Shown: positions 1-10,065 of the stretch, one piece after another | How the letters are laid out: every line of letters begins with the position of its first letter | Position numbering within the stretch: the stretch's first letter is position 1 | DNA from: a virus | Taxonomy: Duplodnaviria; Caudoviricetes | DNA length: 53,296 nucleotides | Direction: 5' to 3' (one strand) | Virus record (IMG/VR): IMGVR_UViG_3300037485_000957 | Coordinates: 1-53,296 of that record | Position numbers and translations under genes: made by a program | Notes under the pieces: model-generated | Database searches by the model: none | What the model was told of the DNA's origin: nothing | The model's input: the letters and a program-made list of their open reading frames with translations, nothing else

Positions 1-1178
1 TGGAAAGCTGGGGCCATCATACCTGATGTTTGCATTTGAACTGGGGAGAAGTCAAGCATGTAGAAGTTACCAGATGTTTGTGGCAAACCTTCGAAACCAG
101 GCAATGAAGTCAATGTACCCATTCCTTGCATATCAAGCATTTTGTCGCGAACTACGTTTACATACTCGAATCCTGGAATCCAAATGCGTGTAGCGTTCAA
201 ACCGTTGATAGAACCATCAGTAAAGTTAACAGCGATTGTGCTATCAAACTTCATGTAGTCTTTGTACCAGTTGGAGATCAACTTCATTCCGATTGATCCT
301 GTACGGATGATACGGTTTGCGTTGTCATTACCTGGATTACTCAAGAACCAGTTACGTACATAGTTCTCGAAATCAGACTGCTGAAGAGCTGAGTTAAGAG
401 CTGCGTAAGTACCACGATCTTGAATCTGCTGATGGATACCTTTAGTAGCCGTCTGATTCATTCCTGTTGACTCAGGGTTAACTCCTTTAGAAAGGAATTG
501 AGTCATTGCGTTGTTACGGAAGAAACGCTGAAGCGCCTCCTTAACAGGTGCAATAGTGATATACCCTTCTGCGTCGGAGATAACAGTGTTCTGCAATGAA
601 GCGAACAAGTTCTGCTGACCACCATCATCGATGATTGAACAGTAGTTCTCCCAAGTCTGAGGAACGATATAAACACCAGCTGGGCCTTTTGTGCCGTTAG
701 TGTCTACTGAACGTACGTACTGGATAACCAATTTACCTGCAGGGAAATCTCCTGCTACTGGAGCAGTGTGACCTGGTGCTTGTGCAACCTTGATGTATCC
801 TAATCCTGTTTCAACAACACGTGAAAGATTACCACCAAACTTAAGAGCTACTTGGTCATTCTCACGGAATGCTTGGTAGTCTGGGTTGGTGAATGTAATC
901 AACACTGATCCACCTGTAGAAGCTACAGAAGAAGATACTTGTGCTTTGATGGTTGGATCACCAGTGTATGCAATCTCATCCTTGTAGGTGAAAAGCATTT
1001 TATTACCCGTACCACGTGACTCGTAGAAATTGTTAGTTTCTTCGATGATTTTCGTCCAAGCGTAAGCGTGTTGTCCTTCTTGAACAACGCCGTCTACAAC
1101 TCGGTTACGAATTAACCCTTGAAGGTTCAGCTCTTTCGCTAAACTCCCTTTGGTATAAACCGCATTAGTTGCTGCCAT
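1..1178 (-). CDS. Major capsid protein (partial, runs off the left edge; absent from the ORF track)
   Basis: Read manually from the ATG at 1178: MAATNAVYTKGSLAKELNLQGLIRNRVVDG..., open for about 392 codons to the edge. It follows terminase-portal-scaffold, and contains a GMNQTATKGIHQQI segment resembling the conserved 'T-x-G-I/L' region of phage capsid proteins. Confidence 0.8.
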   Translation of the reverse strand, partial: MAATNAVYTKGSLAKELNLQGLIRNRVVDGVVQEGQHAYAWTKIIEETNNFYESRGTGNKMLFTYKDEIAYTGDPTIKAQVSSSVASTGGSVLITFTNPDYQAFRENDQVALKFGGNLSRVVETGLGYIKVAQAPGHTAPVAGDFPAGKLVIQYVRSVDTNGTKGPAGVYIVPQTWENYCSIIDDGGQQNLFASLQNTVISDAEGYITIAPVKEALQRFFRNNAMTQFLSKGVNPESTGMNQTATKGIHQQIQDRGTYAALNSALQQSDFENYVRNWFLSNPGNDNANRIIRTGSIGMKLISNWYKDYMKFDSTIAVNFTDGSINGLNATRIWIPGFEYVNVVRDKMLDMQGMGTLTSLPGFEGLPQTSGNFYMLDFSPVQMQTSGMMAPAF

Positions 1179-1214
1179 TTTATTGTTTTTTAGTTAGTTA
1201 GTTATTTCGATGGG

Positions 1215-2315
1215 TTACAGTTTGAAGTTTGGATTTTGGCGTTGCATTGCACGCTCATATGCTGCATCCTCTTCAGTGATTGTCTTCCCAGACTGCACTT
1301 CTCTTGCGATGCTAGTGTTGTGAGCTTGTACTGCTTTTGCTTCCAGGTTCTCTGCACGTGCACGTCCAATCGTTTTCTTAGAAAGATTGAATAGCTCTTC
1401 GCGATGAATCGCCGTGTCAATGAATCGAACCACATCCTCTACAAGAAGGTCTGATACGCCATTAGCGTCAGGGGCTGTATAGCGAACGAAGTCTGGGTTA
1501 AAGATATCACCTGATCTTTCGATCGCTGACTTCACCTTTGTAGCCCACTCTGAGTTAACAATACGGCCATTGAAACGCTTTCCAATGACATTCTCAATTC
1601 CTGCATGAATCTTTGTCCTTTGACGATCAAGCCACTCCATTTGCATACGCTGTTCTGTGTCGCGCTTGGTCTTGTAGTCTTTCTCAATCGCCTCAAGGGA
1701 AGCATTCGCGTTGCCAGACAACGCCTTCTTCGCTGAACTTACGAGGGATTTTCTTTTTAATGTAGAAGGCTCGTTTACCCATGAATAGACTTCTTCTTCA
1801 ACGGCCTGAGCGAACTCATCGCCCTGTAGCCCTAATTCGGAAGCTTGTCTTTCAAAGTGCATACGTATTAGCGCTTCATCATCCTGTCCGTCAACGGGAG
1901 ACACTGCACCAACCTTCTTAAAGAACCCTCCTACTGAATGAGAATCCCCTTCTGCCATACGGTATTCATTCCACAATTTAACCAATGGATCTCCTGCAAG
2001 TGATTCAAATGAAGCAACCTGCGCCTGTAACGCAGTTATTGTTGTAGTAGCTTCATTTAGTTGTGCTTTCAGTGCCTCCAATGCTGCATCTGGACTAGAG
2101 GTAGATTTATCATTTCCTGTTGAAGGAACTTGTCCAAAATCTACATCATCATCATACGTACCATCATCTGCCGCTTGGGCCGATGACGCTTCAGGTGTTT
2201 CAGTACTGGCCGCTGCTTGTGGTGTTGCATTCGTAGTCGTTTCTACCGTTGCTTCGCCTGCTGCCGCTGCCGTTACTTCTTCTTTTTCAATAGGTTCATT
2301 CAATACTGATTCCAT
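1215..2315 (-). CDS. Probable capsid scaffolding protein
   Basis: 366 aa with an acidic, Ala/Thr-rich disordered N-terminus and a coiled coil; lies between portal and capsid. Confidence 0.65.
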   Translation of the reverse strand: MESVLNEPIEKEEVTAAAAGEATVETTTNATPQAAASTETPEASSAQAADDGTYDDDVDFGQVPSTGNDKSTSSPDAALEALKAQLNEATTTITALQAQVASFESLAGDPLVKLWNEYRMAEGDSHSVGGFFKKVGAVSPVDGQDDEALIRMHFERQASELGLQGDEFAQAVEEEVYSWVNEPSTLKRKSLVSSAKKALSGNANASLEAIEKDYKTKRDTEQRMQMEWLDRQRTKIHAGIENVIGKRFNGRIVNSEWATKVKSAIERSGDIFNPDFVRYTAPDANGVSDLLVEDVVRFIDTAIHREELFNLSKKTIGRARAENLEAKAVQAHNTSIAREVQSGKTITEEDAAYERAMQRQNPNFKL

Positions 2316-2403
2316 ATTAATTGCAAATTTATGTTTGTTTTCCGTTTTATTAAACTATTAATTTAATCAACACTTGCTATCGTGTTGATTATCAGTCCTA
2401 TTA

Positions 2404-4737
2404 TTATTGCTGAGGTGGTTGCCCACCTTGCTGTTGCATCATTTGTTGCATCATTTCCGGAGGCATACCGCCACCTTGCTGCTGCATTTGCTCTTGAGGA
2501 GCGCCTTGAGGTGGCATTCCCTGTTGCTCTGCACCGCCCTGGGCCGAAGCCCCTGACATGAACTGTGCAATCTCTTCTTGGGAATACCCTTGCTTGAGCA
2601 TCTCCTTCGCCATGTTGCCTGTCGTAGCGATCGTCTGCTTAGCCAAGTTACCCTCCATCTCCACTTGCTTAGTCTGAGACTGACCTTGTGCCATAGCCTC
2701 TGTAGACTGCAATCTTGATGCATTAGCCATCATCTCTTGAACACGCTGAATCTCACGTTTCTTAGCAACAGAGTATTTAGCGTAATCCTTAAGCTCACTG
2801 ATGGTTTTAGCATCTTCAACATTAAGCCAGTCAGCAAAGTCGATTTGACCTGTAGCCATCAAGTTATCCAATGCAGAAAGCATTCTTGCCTTACGTGCAG
2901 GATCGATGATGTCGCGAGTGGAAATGCTTAGAAGGAAGTCTGTGTATGTATCATTCTTCAAATCAAGAATACGCTGAACGCCCTCTTCGCCAAGTAGCGA
3001 TTGCCATTTCAACTTATCAGGATTCTTCTGGATGTCATTCTTTACGTATTCAATAGCAAACTGAGCAGCATCAGCAAACAGCTGAAGCACTCCTGTCATT
3101 GTGTACTGGATACTGTTTGATGCTAATCCTGCAGAGTTCTGCTGCGTACGCAGGCCGATGTACCCCGTCTGTGTTCCCATGATTGCTGCAGAGACATTTG
3201 CAATCTCTTTAAGCTCAGCCTTCATGCTGTCTTTGATAGCTAGGTAGTTTTGGATATCTCGCATCAACGAAACATCCTCCTTCTGCATTAGCGGTTCTCT
3301 GTCGGTGTAATCTCCATCCTCTCCAGAGGCCGTAGACATCGTGAATCGTGTCTTGCGTAACTGAGAATAGATTTGTGATGGAGTCATGCCATTCTTGAAC
3401 TTCTTACCGTTTAGCGCGATAATAGTCCCCAAGTCCATTGTGTAGTTCTCTCGTACACGATAGCTAATAGCATCAAGCTCTTTCTGCTTAGGCTTCAGCT
3501 GATCTACCAAACACTGGTTGATACCAATGTATGTATCGGGCTGGAAGCACATGATAGGGAACAGCTTATTCCCTGCTTGGTTAGGATCATCGATAACGTC
3601 ATGAACGCCGAAGTCAACAATGAACATATTGGCTAGGAGTGTGGCCTTACGGATAACCTGTACTGGCGTACCCTTTTTGCCCTTACCGTTCTTTAGCTTG
3701 ATAGCCACCCTGTCGCCATCCTGATCTTTCACTACGCGATACCCAGAGTCTATCGTTGCTTTCCAATACACAGTGATCTCACTCATGTATTGATTGATAG
3801 AATTGAATAGCGTGTAATTGTACAATGCAGCAAGCTGCGTGAAGATTGTGGTATTGGTATATGATCCATTACGAATCTGTGCAATATCCTCGTTGCTCAG
3901 GTACTTACGATACTTGGCAATAGCGGCATCTTTGTGGATGAAGTTAATCTTACCCCTTGATACATCGTATCGGCCGAAGTCATCATCCTTCGCTGACATG
4001 GCGAAGTACAAGTAAGGAGGGACATCCTCAAGACGGCCTTCGTCTGTAACATTCAATATGGCCCGACGACCAATCGTTACATTCATGAACTGGCGAGAGT
4101 AATCCTGCGTGTTCATGTTATTCTCCCGTACGTAATCGAGAATCAATCCAGCGTCATGCTGTAGGTCAGAAGAGAATGACATGAAGATTGTCTTGGCAAT
4201 CTCCTCTTCTGTAGCTGCTGGGTTAGCAGGAGGGACGAACTTAAGCCCCGTTGACTCTTCTATCTGCTCCAGCTGCTTTGAGAACTTACGAGCAACCTGA
4301 ACCATCTTAAGCTTCTTGGTTGCTTCATTCTTCATTTCTGGGTTGACTACATTCACGTGCGGTTCAGCACTTGAAGCGACACCTAGGAACTGACCACGCA
4401 AGAAGTTAACAATCGTGTACGTATCCTTCCCTGGCATGTATGGAGTTGACAAATCCTCAATCTGTCCATCTGATCCTTCTATCTGACCGAGGTACACATT
4501 CGTATTGGCTTGAAGCCCCATAGCATACAAGAAGTTATCTTGTATCTGCGTCACCTCTGAACCACCCACCCCAATCTGAGTCTTGTCATAGTCTCTCGTT
4601 GGGAGTCGGTTGTATGCCCGACAATAGAACAAAGCGCTCAGTCGATAGTAATTCGCATACGTCCCATATCGCTTTAGGATCTGGTCGTTGCTTAATCCTT
4701 GGTCAGGAAGCGTTGCTAATATTGCCGAATCGTACAT
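2404..4737 (-). CDS. Portal protein
   Basis: 777 aa downstream of the terminase, with helical segments and a Gln/Met/Gly/Pro-rich C-terminal tail typical of podovirus-type portals. Confidence 0.75.
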   Translation of the reverse strand: MYDSAILATLPDQGLSNDQILKRYGTYANYYRLSALFYCRAYNRLPTRDYDKTQIGVGGSEVTQIQDNFLYAMGLQANTNVYLGQIEGSDGQIEDLSTPYMPGKDTYTIVNFLRGQFLGVASSAEPHVNVVNPEMKNEATKKLKMVQVARKFSKQLEQIEESTGLKFVPPANPAATEEEIAKTIFMSFSSDLQHDAGLILDYVRENNMNTQDYSRQFMNVTIGRRAILNVTDEGRLEDVPPYLYFAMSAKDDDFGRYDVSRGKINFIHKDAAIAKYRKYLSNEDIAQIRNGSYTNTTIFTQLAALYNYTLFNSINQYMSEITVYWKATIDSGYRVVKDQDGDRVAIKLKNGKGKKGTPVQVIRKATLLANMFIVDFGVHDVIDDPNQAGNKLFPIMCFQPDTYIGINQCLVDQLKPKQKELDAISYRVRENYTMDLGTIIALNGKKFKNGMTPSQIYSQLRKTRFTMSTASGEDGDYTDREPLMQKEDVSLMRDIQNYLAIKDSMKAELKEIANVSAAIMGTQTGYIGLRTQQNSAGLASNSIQYTMTGVLQLFADAAQFAIEYVKNDIQKNPDKLKWQSLLGEEGVQRILDLKNDTYTDFLLSISTRDIIDPARKARMLSALDNLMATGQIDFADWLNVEDAKTISELKDYAKYSVAKKREIQRVQEMMANASRLQSTEAMAQGQSQTKQVEMEGNLAKQTIATTGNMAKEMLKQGYSQEEIAQFMSGASAQGGAEQQGMPPQGAPQEQMQQQGGGMPPEMMQQMMQQQGGQPPQQ

Positions 4738-4930
4738 GTTCTAGTTTCCAGATTTTGAATACGTCACCATTTTGATCTACGACAAGCCAGAACAAGTCGC
4801 ACGTTTGATTGCCGCTCAATAGCGATCCTTGTGGAAATACATTCAACACAAGACACTTCTCCCATATAACCTGACCCTTCTTAAGGCACTCTGCCTCACA
4901 GGGGAAATGTATTTGAGAGAAGTCTATCAT
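4703..4930 (-). CDS. Hypothetical protein
   Basis: 75 aa filling the terminase-portal gap, with a TAAATTTG box (4936-4943, minus) just upstream. Confidence 0.5.
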   Translation of the reverse strand: MIDFSQIHFPCEAECLKKGQVIWEKCLVLNVFPQGSLLSGNQTCDLFWLVVDQNGDVFKIWKLEHVRFGNISNAS

Positions 4931-4953
4931 CGTAGCAAATTTACGTATTTACT

Positions 4954-6882
4954 TTACTTCTTCTGCATAGTAAATAAATGGGAAAAGTCTCCCCCTGGTT
5001 TCGCTGCTCCTCCGTTACCCGTCACCATCACCCTTTCGCCTTTCGCATTTGTAGTGAACGAAACCGACGATGCAGGGAACTTCTCCTCTATCGTTCGCTT
5101 GTGCATGATGGTTCTGTACTCTTCGTGTAACGCTTCGGCCATCGCCATAGCATCCATGAAATCCGTATTCTCAAAAGGGAAGTTGAAGAACTCTGCAAAG
5201 AATCGATCGATCCAGATGTCCTGCATATTACTCTTCACGTAATCGCGTACGAGCAACCTCAACTCCGTTGTGTTCTTATCCTTATTTAGCCCCTTCTCTG
5301 GCCTGGCATTCTTCGCCCTAAACCTCCTAGGACACCATGCCAGCATATCCATGTTCCCGCTATGCTTATATGATGTCTTGAGCGCCCCAATGGAGTTCTT
5401 CTCGACAAGGGCGACAGCGTTGTTGTATAGCTTCTGCAGGTATATAGTTCTCCTTGCTGCATCATCAGCATCATAGGTTCTCTCTGCGTAGTACGCGACA
5501 TATTGATTGGTGTCAAAGCACTTCACTGCTGCGATGTGGTCTGATCCCTTCTCATTGATAGTGGTGAATGGAATCGTATCAATCCCTACTCCATACGTAC
5601 GGCCGATCACAGGAAGCTCAAATATGTAGTACTTCGCGCCTTCTCTCTTTTCGATGAACTTAATCTCCATGTCTCCATCCAGCTTTGGATGTATGTATGC
5701 TGGCTGATCGCACTTGTTGAAGTTCCTATTCTTGACAGCGACATCCACCTCGTGCTTCTGATCCTTATACATCATCACTGTCTCATCTTCCCACCATGAG
5801 TCAGTTGCTATATCAAGAAGCTCATTGATGTCGTTAGGATACTGTAGGCAGTGCTCCATGAAGGCTTTCTTATTAGGAAGCTTCTCTAATATCCTTCTGT
5901 TGTTCAATAGCGCCTCACGCGCCTTTACTCTATCGACGTATCCTTTTGAATCACGTACGTCTGTGTACTTATTATTGACAAGCGATCCATCCTCGTTGTA
6001 CACTGGGATGAATGGATTGAACCATGACGCATCAACAAAGAGAGGAACGATGCCATACGTTGCAGCATTCTGCCACATGTCAAGTGCATTCTTCAATCCC
6101 TTCGCTGTAGCATCAGATAAAGATCCTACGTAGTAAAGACTTCCCTCCTTACGCATAAACTCCCTCACCAATGCTGCTCCTCGGCTTCTCACCTCCTCTA
6201 CGTATGGATGCTTGAATATCTCATCCACAATAACGGCACGCGCTCCTTGGCCTTCTAGCTTACTCGGACTCTTGGCGCTGAATGCCGTCTCCACGCTCTG
6301 TATCGTAGAGAGTAGCCCTGAGTCATTCTGCCCCTTCTCGCGCTTACCGAACTTAACGAACTGCTTATCGCTCTTCTCATCGGGCCACGTACCAATAACG
6401 CCTGGCCGATAGAACTCATCCATCCCATCATAGGATATCTTGAGCTTGTCGGAGAAGTTCATCTTCGTCGTATCGACAGCCTCCGATGTCATAATCACTT
6501 TACATCCTGGATTCCATATCGCGGTCTTGAGTGGTAAGAACCCGTTCATGATGGTTGACTTCCCTGCACCACGCTGAGTAATCCACATACCATCAGCCTT
6601 CTTCTTATCCACCTCAGCAAGCCAAGGGAATATCACATCTTTATCGACAGGGCGCATGTCAGGGGATAAGCGCTCTCCCGTAACCCTGTTCTTTATCGTG
6701 AACTGCGTCAGGTAATAGTAATAGTCACCAGACAACCCATCAAACCCACTGTGCCAACGCTTCTCTTCCCTGATGTAATACTTAAGCTTCTCCCCTTCAT
6801 TCCTAAAGTCAGGCTGTTCGTGCTTCCATATCCCGTGTCTGAATCCCATACTAATTTGTTTCGTTACCGTTTCGTTTGTCAA
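4954..6882 (-). CDS. terL: Terminase large subunit
   Basis: Walker A QRGAGKST, Walker B VIVDE, nuclease motif YGVGID and C-terminal DFMDA. Confidence 0.9.
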   Translation of the reverse strand: MTNETVTKQISMGFRHGIWKHEQPDFRNEGEKLKYYIREEKRWHSGFDGLSGDYYYYLTQFTIKNRVTGERLSPDMRPVDKDVIFPWLAEVDKKKADGMWITQRGAGKSTIMNGFLPLKTAIWNPGCKVIMTSEAVDTTKMNFSDKLKISYDGMDEFYRPGVIGTWPDEKSDKQFVKFGKREKGQNDSGLLSTIQSVETAFSAKSPSKLEGQGARAVIVDEIFKHPYVEEVRSRGAALVREFMRKEGSLYYVGSLSDATAKGLKNALDMWQNAATYGIVPLFVDASWFNPFIPVYNEDGSLVNNKYTDVRDSKGYVDRVKAREALLNNRRILEKLPNKKAFMEHCLQYPNDINELLDIATDSWWEDETVMMYKDQKHEVDVAVKNRNFNKCDQPAYIHPKLDGDMEIKFIEKREGAKYYIFELPVIGRTYGVGIDTIPFTTINEKGSDHIAAVKCFDTNQYVAYYAERTYDADDAARRTIYLQKLYNNAVALVEKNSIGALKTSYKHSGNMDMLAWCPRRFRAKNARPEKGLNKDKNTTELRLLVRDYVKSNMQDIWIDRFFAEFFNFPFENTDFMDAMAMAEALHEEYRTIMHKRTIEEKFPASSVSFTTNAKGERVMVTGNGGAAKPGGDFSHLFTMQKK

Positions 6883-7456
6883 ATCCCTTTCCAGTAATCT
6901 TGACGTATCCCTTATTCTTCATTACAGAGAAAGCATTAATCAAGTCCTTTGGCTTCGATATCTGCTTGAGTGATTGCTTCCTTATCGTTTTCGCAATTTG
7001 CGTATTGCGATTTGAAACCATTATCATCTCCCCCTTGTGATTCTTTCTGCGCTTCTCGATGTACATATCCTTGTACAACCCATACTGCATAAGATCAATC
7101 TCCTTCTCCTCAATGTCGTAATTAAGAAGTAGCTGCATCGGCAAAGAGAAGATCATGGCCATCACGCCAAAGAACAGCAGATCGAATCCCAAATGTGTTC
7201 CTTTGTGTAATCCCCGTATCGTACGTGAGGCACTCTTTACTCCGCTGCTATGCACTCTTGCTTCATACGTACGCTGACTCATGCCCGTGAACGCAAGGAT
7301 GTATCGCAGATTACGAAAGTAATTCATACGATAGAAGTCAAGCATAGAAGATAGCTGCAAAGGTAAAGTGTCCTGTGTGCTGTACTTCCTCCTTATCCTC
7401 TGCTCCAACAGAGTACCGCTTACATCCTTATATACGTCCTTCGATATTATTGTCAT
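6851..7456 (-). CDS. Hypothetical basic protein upstream of terL
   Basis: 201 aa overlapping the terL start; no motif recognised. Confidence 0.55.
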   Translation of the reverse strand: MTIISKDVYKDVSGTLLEQRIRRKYSTQDTLPLQLSSMLDFYRMNYFRNLRYILAFTGMSQRTYEARVHSSGVKSASRTIRGLHKGTHLGFDLLFFGVMAMIFSLPMQLLLNYDIEEKEIDLMQYGLYKDMYIEKRRKNHKGEMIMVSNRNTQIAKTIRKQSLKQISKPKDLINAFSVMKNKGYVKITGKGFDKRNGNETN

Positions 7457-7488
7457 ATTCTAATACAAAAATACTTATTTTTGATGAC

Positions 7489-7788
7489 ATGGATTCTATA
7501 CAAAACGCAGAGCAGGATGCGCAACTGGCCGCATTGAAGAAATTAATACTTTCTCTAAAGCCAGGTAACGGGAAGTCGTTCTATAAAATGAATGTCGAGA
7601 CACTCGAAGTGTCAAGGGTTCATGGCGATGATTACCGAAGCTACGTGTCGGCCCTGTCGGAACGAAAGGAAGATATCGTCCCAAAGCCCAACCACCTATA
7701 CTGCGTTGCTAAGTCACAACTCAAAGCATGCACCCAGTTTGGAAAGATTCTTCACGCACTAACACTTGAGTATGCAGTCAATAACTGA
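7489..7788 (+). CDS. Hypothetical protein
   Basis: Likely starts at MDSIQNAEQ, just after a TATTTTTG box. Confidence 0.5.
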   Translation: MDSIQNAEQDAQLAALKKLILSLKPGNGKSFYKMNVETLEVSRVHGDDYRSYVSALSERKEDIVPKPNHLYCVAKSQLKACTQFGKILHALTLEYAVNN

Positions 7789-7918
7789 AATCCCTCAGTG
7801 GGAACACACTACAGTTACCACTCTCGATGAAAGTGGAGTAATCATCTACGAGTACTACAGAGAATACGATATGTAAATTGTTTTATTTTATTTGTTTATG
7901 CCAGAATAATACCTATTT

Positions 7919-8164
7919 TTGGCACGAACTTATAACATAAATCATATGCAAAATTCTGTTTCTATCATTGGTTTAACCTTTGATATCGCTAGTGTCGGAC
8001 TCGACCAAAGCACCAAATTGTCAAACTTGCTATCTTATAGGAATGATCTCCTCTGTAGCCTTATGGAGGAGACTAGTAAATCAACGCCATGTAAGTCTCT
8101 CATATCGTTATACGCGAATGAGCTTAAGGGTTCTGATTCCATCCTAGAAAAGTTAGTAAAATGA
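7919..8164 (+). CDS. Hypothetical protein
   Basis: ORF with an ATGA overlap into the recombinase start. Confidence 0.5.
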   Translation: MARTYNINHMQNSVSIIGLTFDIASVGLDQSTKLSNLLSYRNDLLCSLMEETSKSTPCKSLISLYANELKGSDSILEKLVK

Positions 8165-8856
8165 ACGTAGGACTTTATTTAAGAGTGAGCACCGACGAAC
8201 AGCAGTCGGGCCTAAAGGTGTACATACAGCAAGCTAAAGACTTCTGCGAGAGATACGGCCACACATACACCGACCTATTCATTGACGAAGACGTATCGGG
8301 AGACAAAGAGCTACAGAAGCGCCCTGCAGGATCGAAGATATTACAGGCTCTTGAGTCAGGTAAGATACAGGGAATTGTTTCGCCAAACGTAACTCGTCTA
8401 TTCCGTAACTTGCGTAATGGTGTAAATACGATACATGAATTCGAGAATAAGAATTGGAAGATGTTCGTTTCAGATGGGTATGGGCTTCCTGTTGACATAT
8501 CATCAATCATGGGGTTCTCCATGTTCGTAGATCAACTCAAGTATGCACAGATAGAACGCATGCAGATTGCAGAACGTACCAAGAACGGAATGACCTATCG
8601 CCGTAACAACGGGAAGGCCACCTCTCACACCCCATACGGATACTATAGAATCGAAGACGATAAGACGCTTTATCATGATGATGATGAAATGGCTTATGTC
8701 AACGTAATGGTAGACCTGCACAACGAAGGAATGCCATACCTTGGCATCGCTAAGGAGCTAAACGAAGCTTCTGTCACCGCAAAGAAAGGAGGCTCATGGA
8801 CTGCCAAGACTGTTCGTGGCGTAATCCAATACCAACAATCCATAATGAAAAAATGA
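8161..8856 (+). CDS. Serine recombinase (resolvase domain plus short recombinase/HTH domain)
   Basis: Catalytic YLRVSTDEQ, DEDVSG, RLFRN, then ERTKNG, PYGY and IAKELN...GGSW...TVRGV. Confidence 0.9.
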   Translation: MNVGLYLRVSTDEQQSGLKVYIQQAKDFCERYGHTYTDLFIDEDVSGDKELQKRPAGSKILQALESGKIQGIVSPNVTRLFRNLRNGVNTIHEFENKNWKMFVSDGYGLPVDISSIMGFSMFVDQLKYAQIERMQIAERTKNGMTYRRNNGKATSHTPYGYYRIEDDKTLYHDDDEMAYVNVMVDLHNEGMPYLGIAKELNEASVTAKKGGSWTAKTVRGVIQYQQSIMKK

Positions 8857-8857
8857 T

Positions 8858-9094
8858 ATGATGATAAACGTACCCATACTATATACCGAGGTTTCCAAAA
8901 GGAAAGAGTTCTCTCCTGCAATTCGTAATGGAGTGATTAAGATTGACAACAAAGAATACATGTACGTCAGATCGAAAGATGCCCTGATCGTCAAGGATTA
9001 CATAGCGAAATACAAAGAGCGAAAGGACGAAGGAGAAGAATGGGAAGAGTTTGTGGAGTTTGCCAATAACAATAGCAATGGAGTCAAGATATAA
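8858..9094 (+). CDS. Hypothetical protein
   Basis: 78-aa ORF in operon context. Confidence 0.55.
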   Translation: MMINVPILYTEVSKRKEFSPAIRNGVIKIDNKEYMYVRSKDALIVKDYIAKYKERKDEGEEWEEFVEFANNNSNGVKI

Positions 9095-9296
9095 GGCGTG
9101 TGATAAGAAGTCGTTCCAATCAAAGAAAGAGGCGCAGAAGGCAGCTAAGACGCTGCAGAGTTCTCCTATTGTTGATGTAAGGACATTGCTTCGTGCTTAT
9201 AGATGTGAGCAGTGTGAATTCTGGCATCTAACGCATCACATAAATTCAGAGTCTAAAGTATTCTTCAGAGAGATGAATAAAAAAAGCCCCGATTAA
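9078..9296 (+). CDS. Small Zn-binding-like protein
   Basis: C-x-K...AYRCEQCEFWHLTH motif common in small phage proteins. Confidence 0.6.
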   Translation: MESRYKACDKKSFQSKKEAQKAAKTLQSSPIVDVRTLLRAYRCEQCEFWHLTHHINSESKVFFREMNKKSPD

Positions 9297-9304
9297 GGGG
9301 CTTT
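9281..9304. terminator. Bidirectional intrinsic terminator between convergent operons
   Basis: AAAGCCCC-gattaa-GGGGCTTT flanked by A and T runs. Confidence 0.75.
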
Positions 9305-9309
9305 GCTAT

Positions 9310-9726
9310 TTATTTTACTTTGTAAGCGTTACGAACAGTCTTTTCGCTCATTGGCTTAGAGGACTTCACTTTGGGGGCGCGTTCCATTTTTCCTGTATTA
9401 GGATTGGAAACATAATCTCCCTTCTTCTGGAATGCACCTTTGATTGCTGCTCCTACTTTCTTAGCTCCTTTAACGATTCCTTTACGAACCTTAGGGCTTG
9501 ACAAAGCTGCTGCTGCTGCAGTTCCTAATATTGCTCCTCCAGCGATCTTCATTCCCTGACGACTTGCTCCGCTGCTAATCTTACGGCTTCCTCTGGGATG
9601 CGTTTCGTCGAAGAACTCTTTCTTCATCGGGCCTGGGCTTACTCCGTACTTTCCTGATTTAGCTCCAGAAGGAGCGCCTTTTGGCGGCTTACCTGGGCCA
9701 CCATCTTTTGGTTTCATAATTGCCAT
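9310..9726 (-). CDS. Small Lys/Gly-rich basic protein
   Basis: 138 aa, highly basic, one hydrophobic Ala stretch. Confidence 0.65.
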   Translation of the reverse strand: MAIMKPKDGGPGKPPKGAPSGAKSGKYGVSPGPMKKEFFDETHPRGSRKISSGASRQGMKIAGGAILGTAAAAALSSPKVRKGIVKGAKKVGAAIKGAFQKKGDYVSNPNTGKMERAPKVKSSKPMSEKTVRNAYKVK

Positions 9727-9728
9727 GA

Positions 9729-9881
9729 TTATTTCTTTTTAGCGGTTTTTAATGATTCAACAAAATCCTGCTTAGTAGGCGCTCCCTTAGAACCTGGCTT
9801 ACGCATAGCCTCCCCTGATCCTGCTTTTATACGATCCTTCTTGGCTTTAATATTGGCATACAGCCCTTTCTTAGCAGCCAT
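9729..9881 (-). CDS. Small basic protein (50 aa; not in ORF track)
   Basis: Manual translation MAAKKGLYANIKAKKDRIKAGSGEAMRKPGSKGAPTKQDFVESLKTAKKK; tight packing with neighbours. Confidence 0.7.
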   Translation of the reverse strand: MAAKKGLYANIKAKKDRIKAGSGEAMRKPGSKGAPTKQDFVESLKTAKKK

Positions 9882-9884
9882 CGC

Positions 9885-10061
9885 TTATCGTTTTACAAGT
9901 CCTTTTGCTTTGATCTTCATCTTAGCCTTCACTATCTTACCGCCTTTCTTAGTCGATTTGATAGCGTCTGCGACAGAAGCACCAGAGCGCTCCATCGTGC
10001 TTTTGTCTGATTTCTTAACCACCGTACTTGCCATACCGCAGCTTTTCATTGCTTTTGCCAT
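9885..10061 (-). CDS. Small basic protein (58 aa; not in ORF track)
   Basis: Manual translation MAKAMKSCGMASTVVKKSDK...KAKMKIKAKGLVKR; fills the gap exactly. Confidence 0.65.
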   Translation of the reverse strand: MAKAMKSCGMASTVVKKSDKSTMERSGASVADAIKSTKKGGKIVKAKMKIKAKGLVKR

Positions 10062-10065
10062 GATT

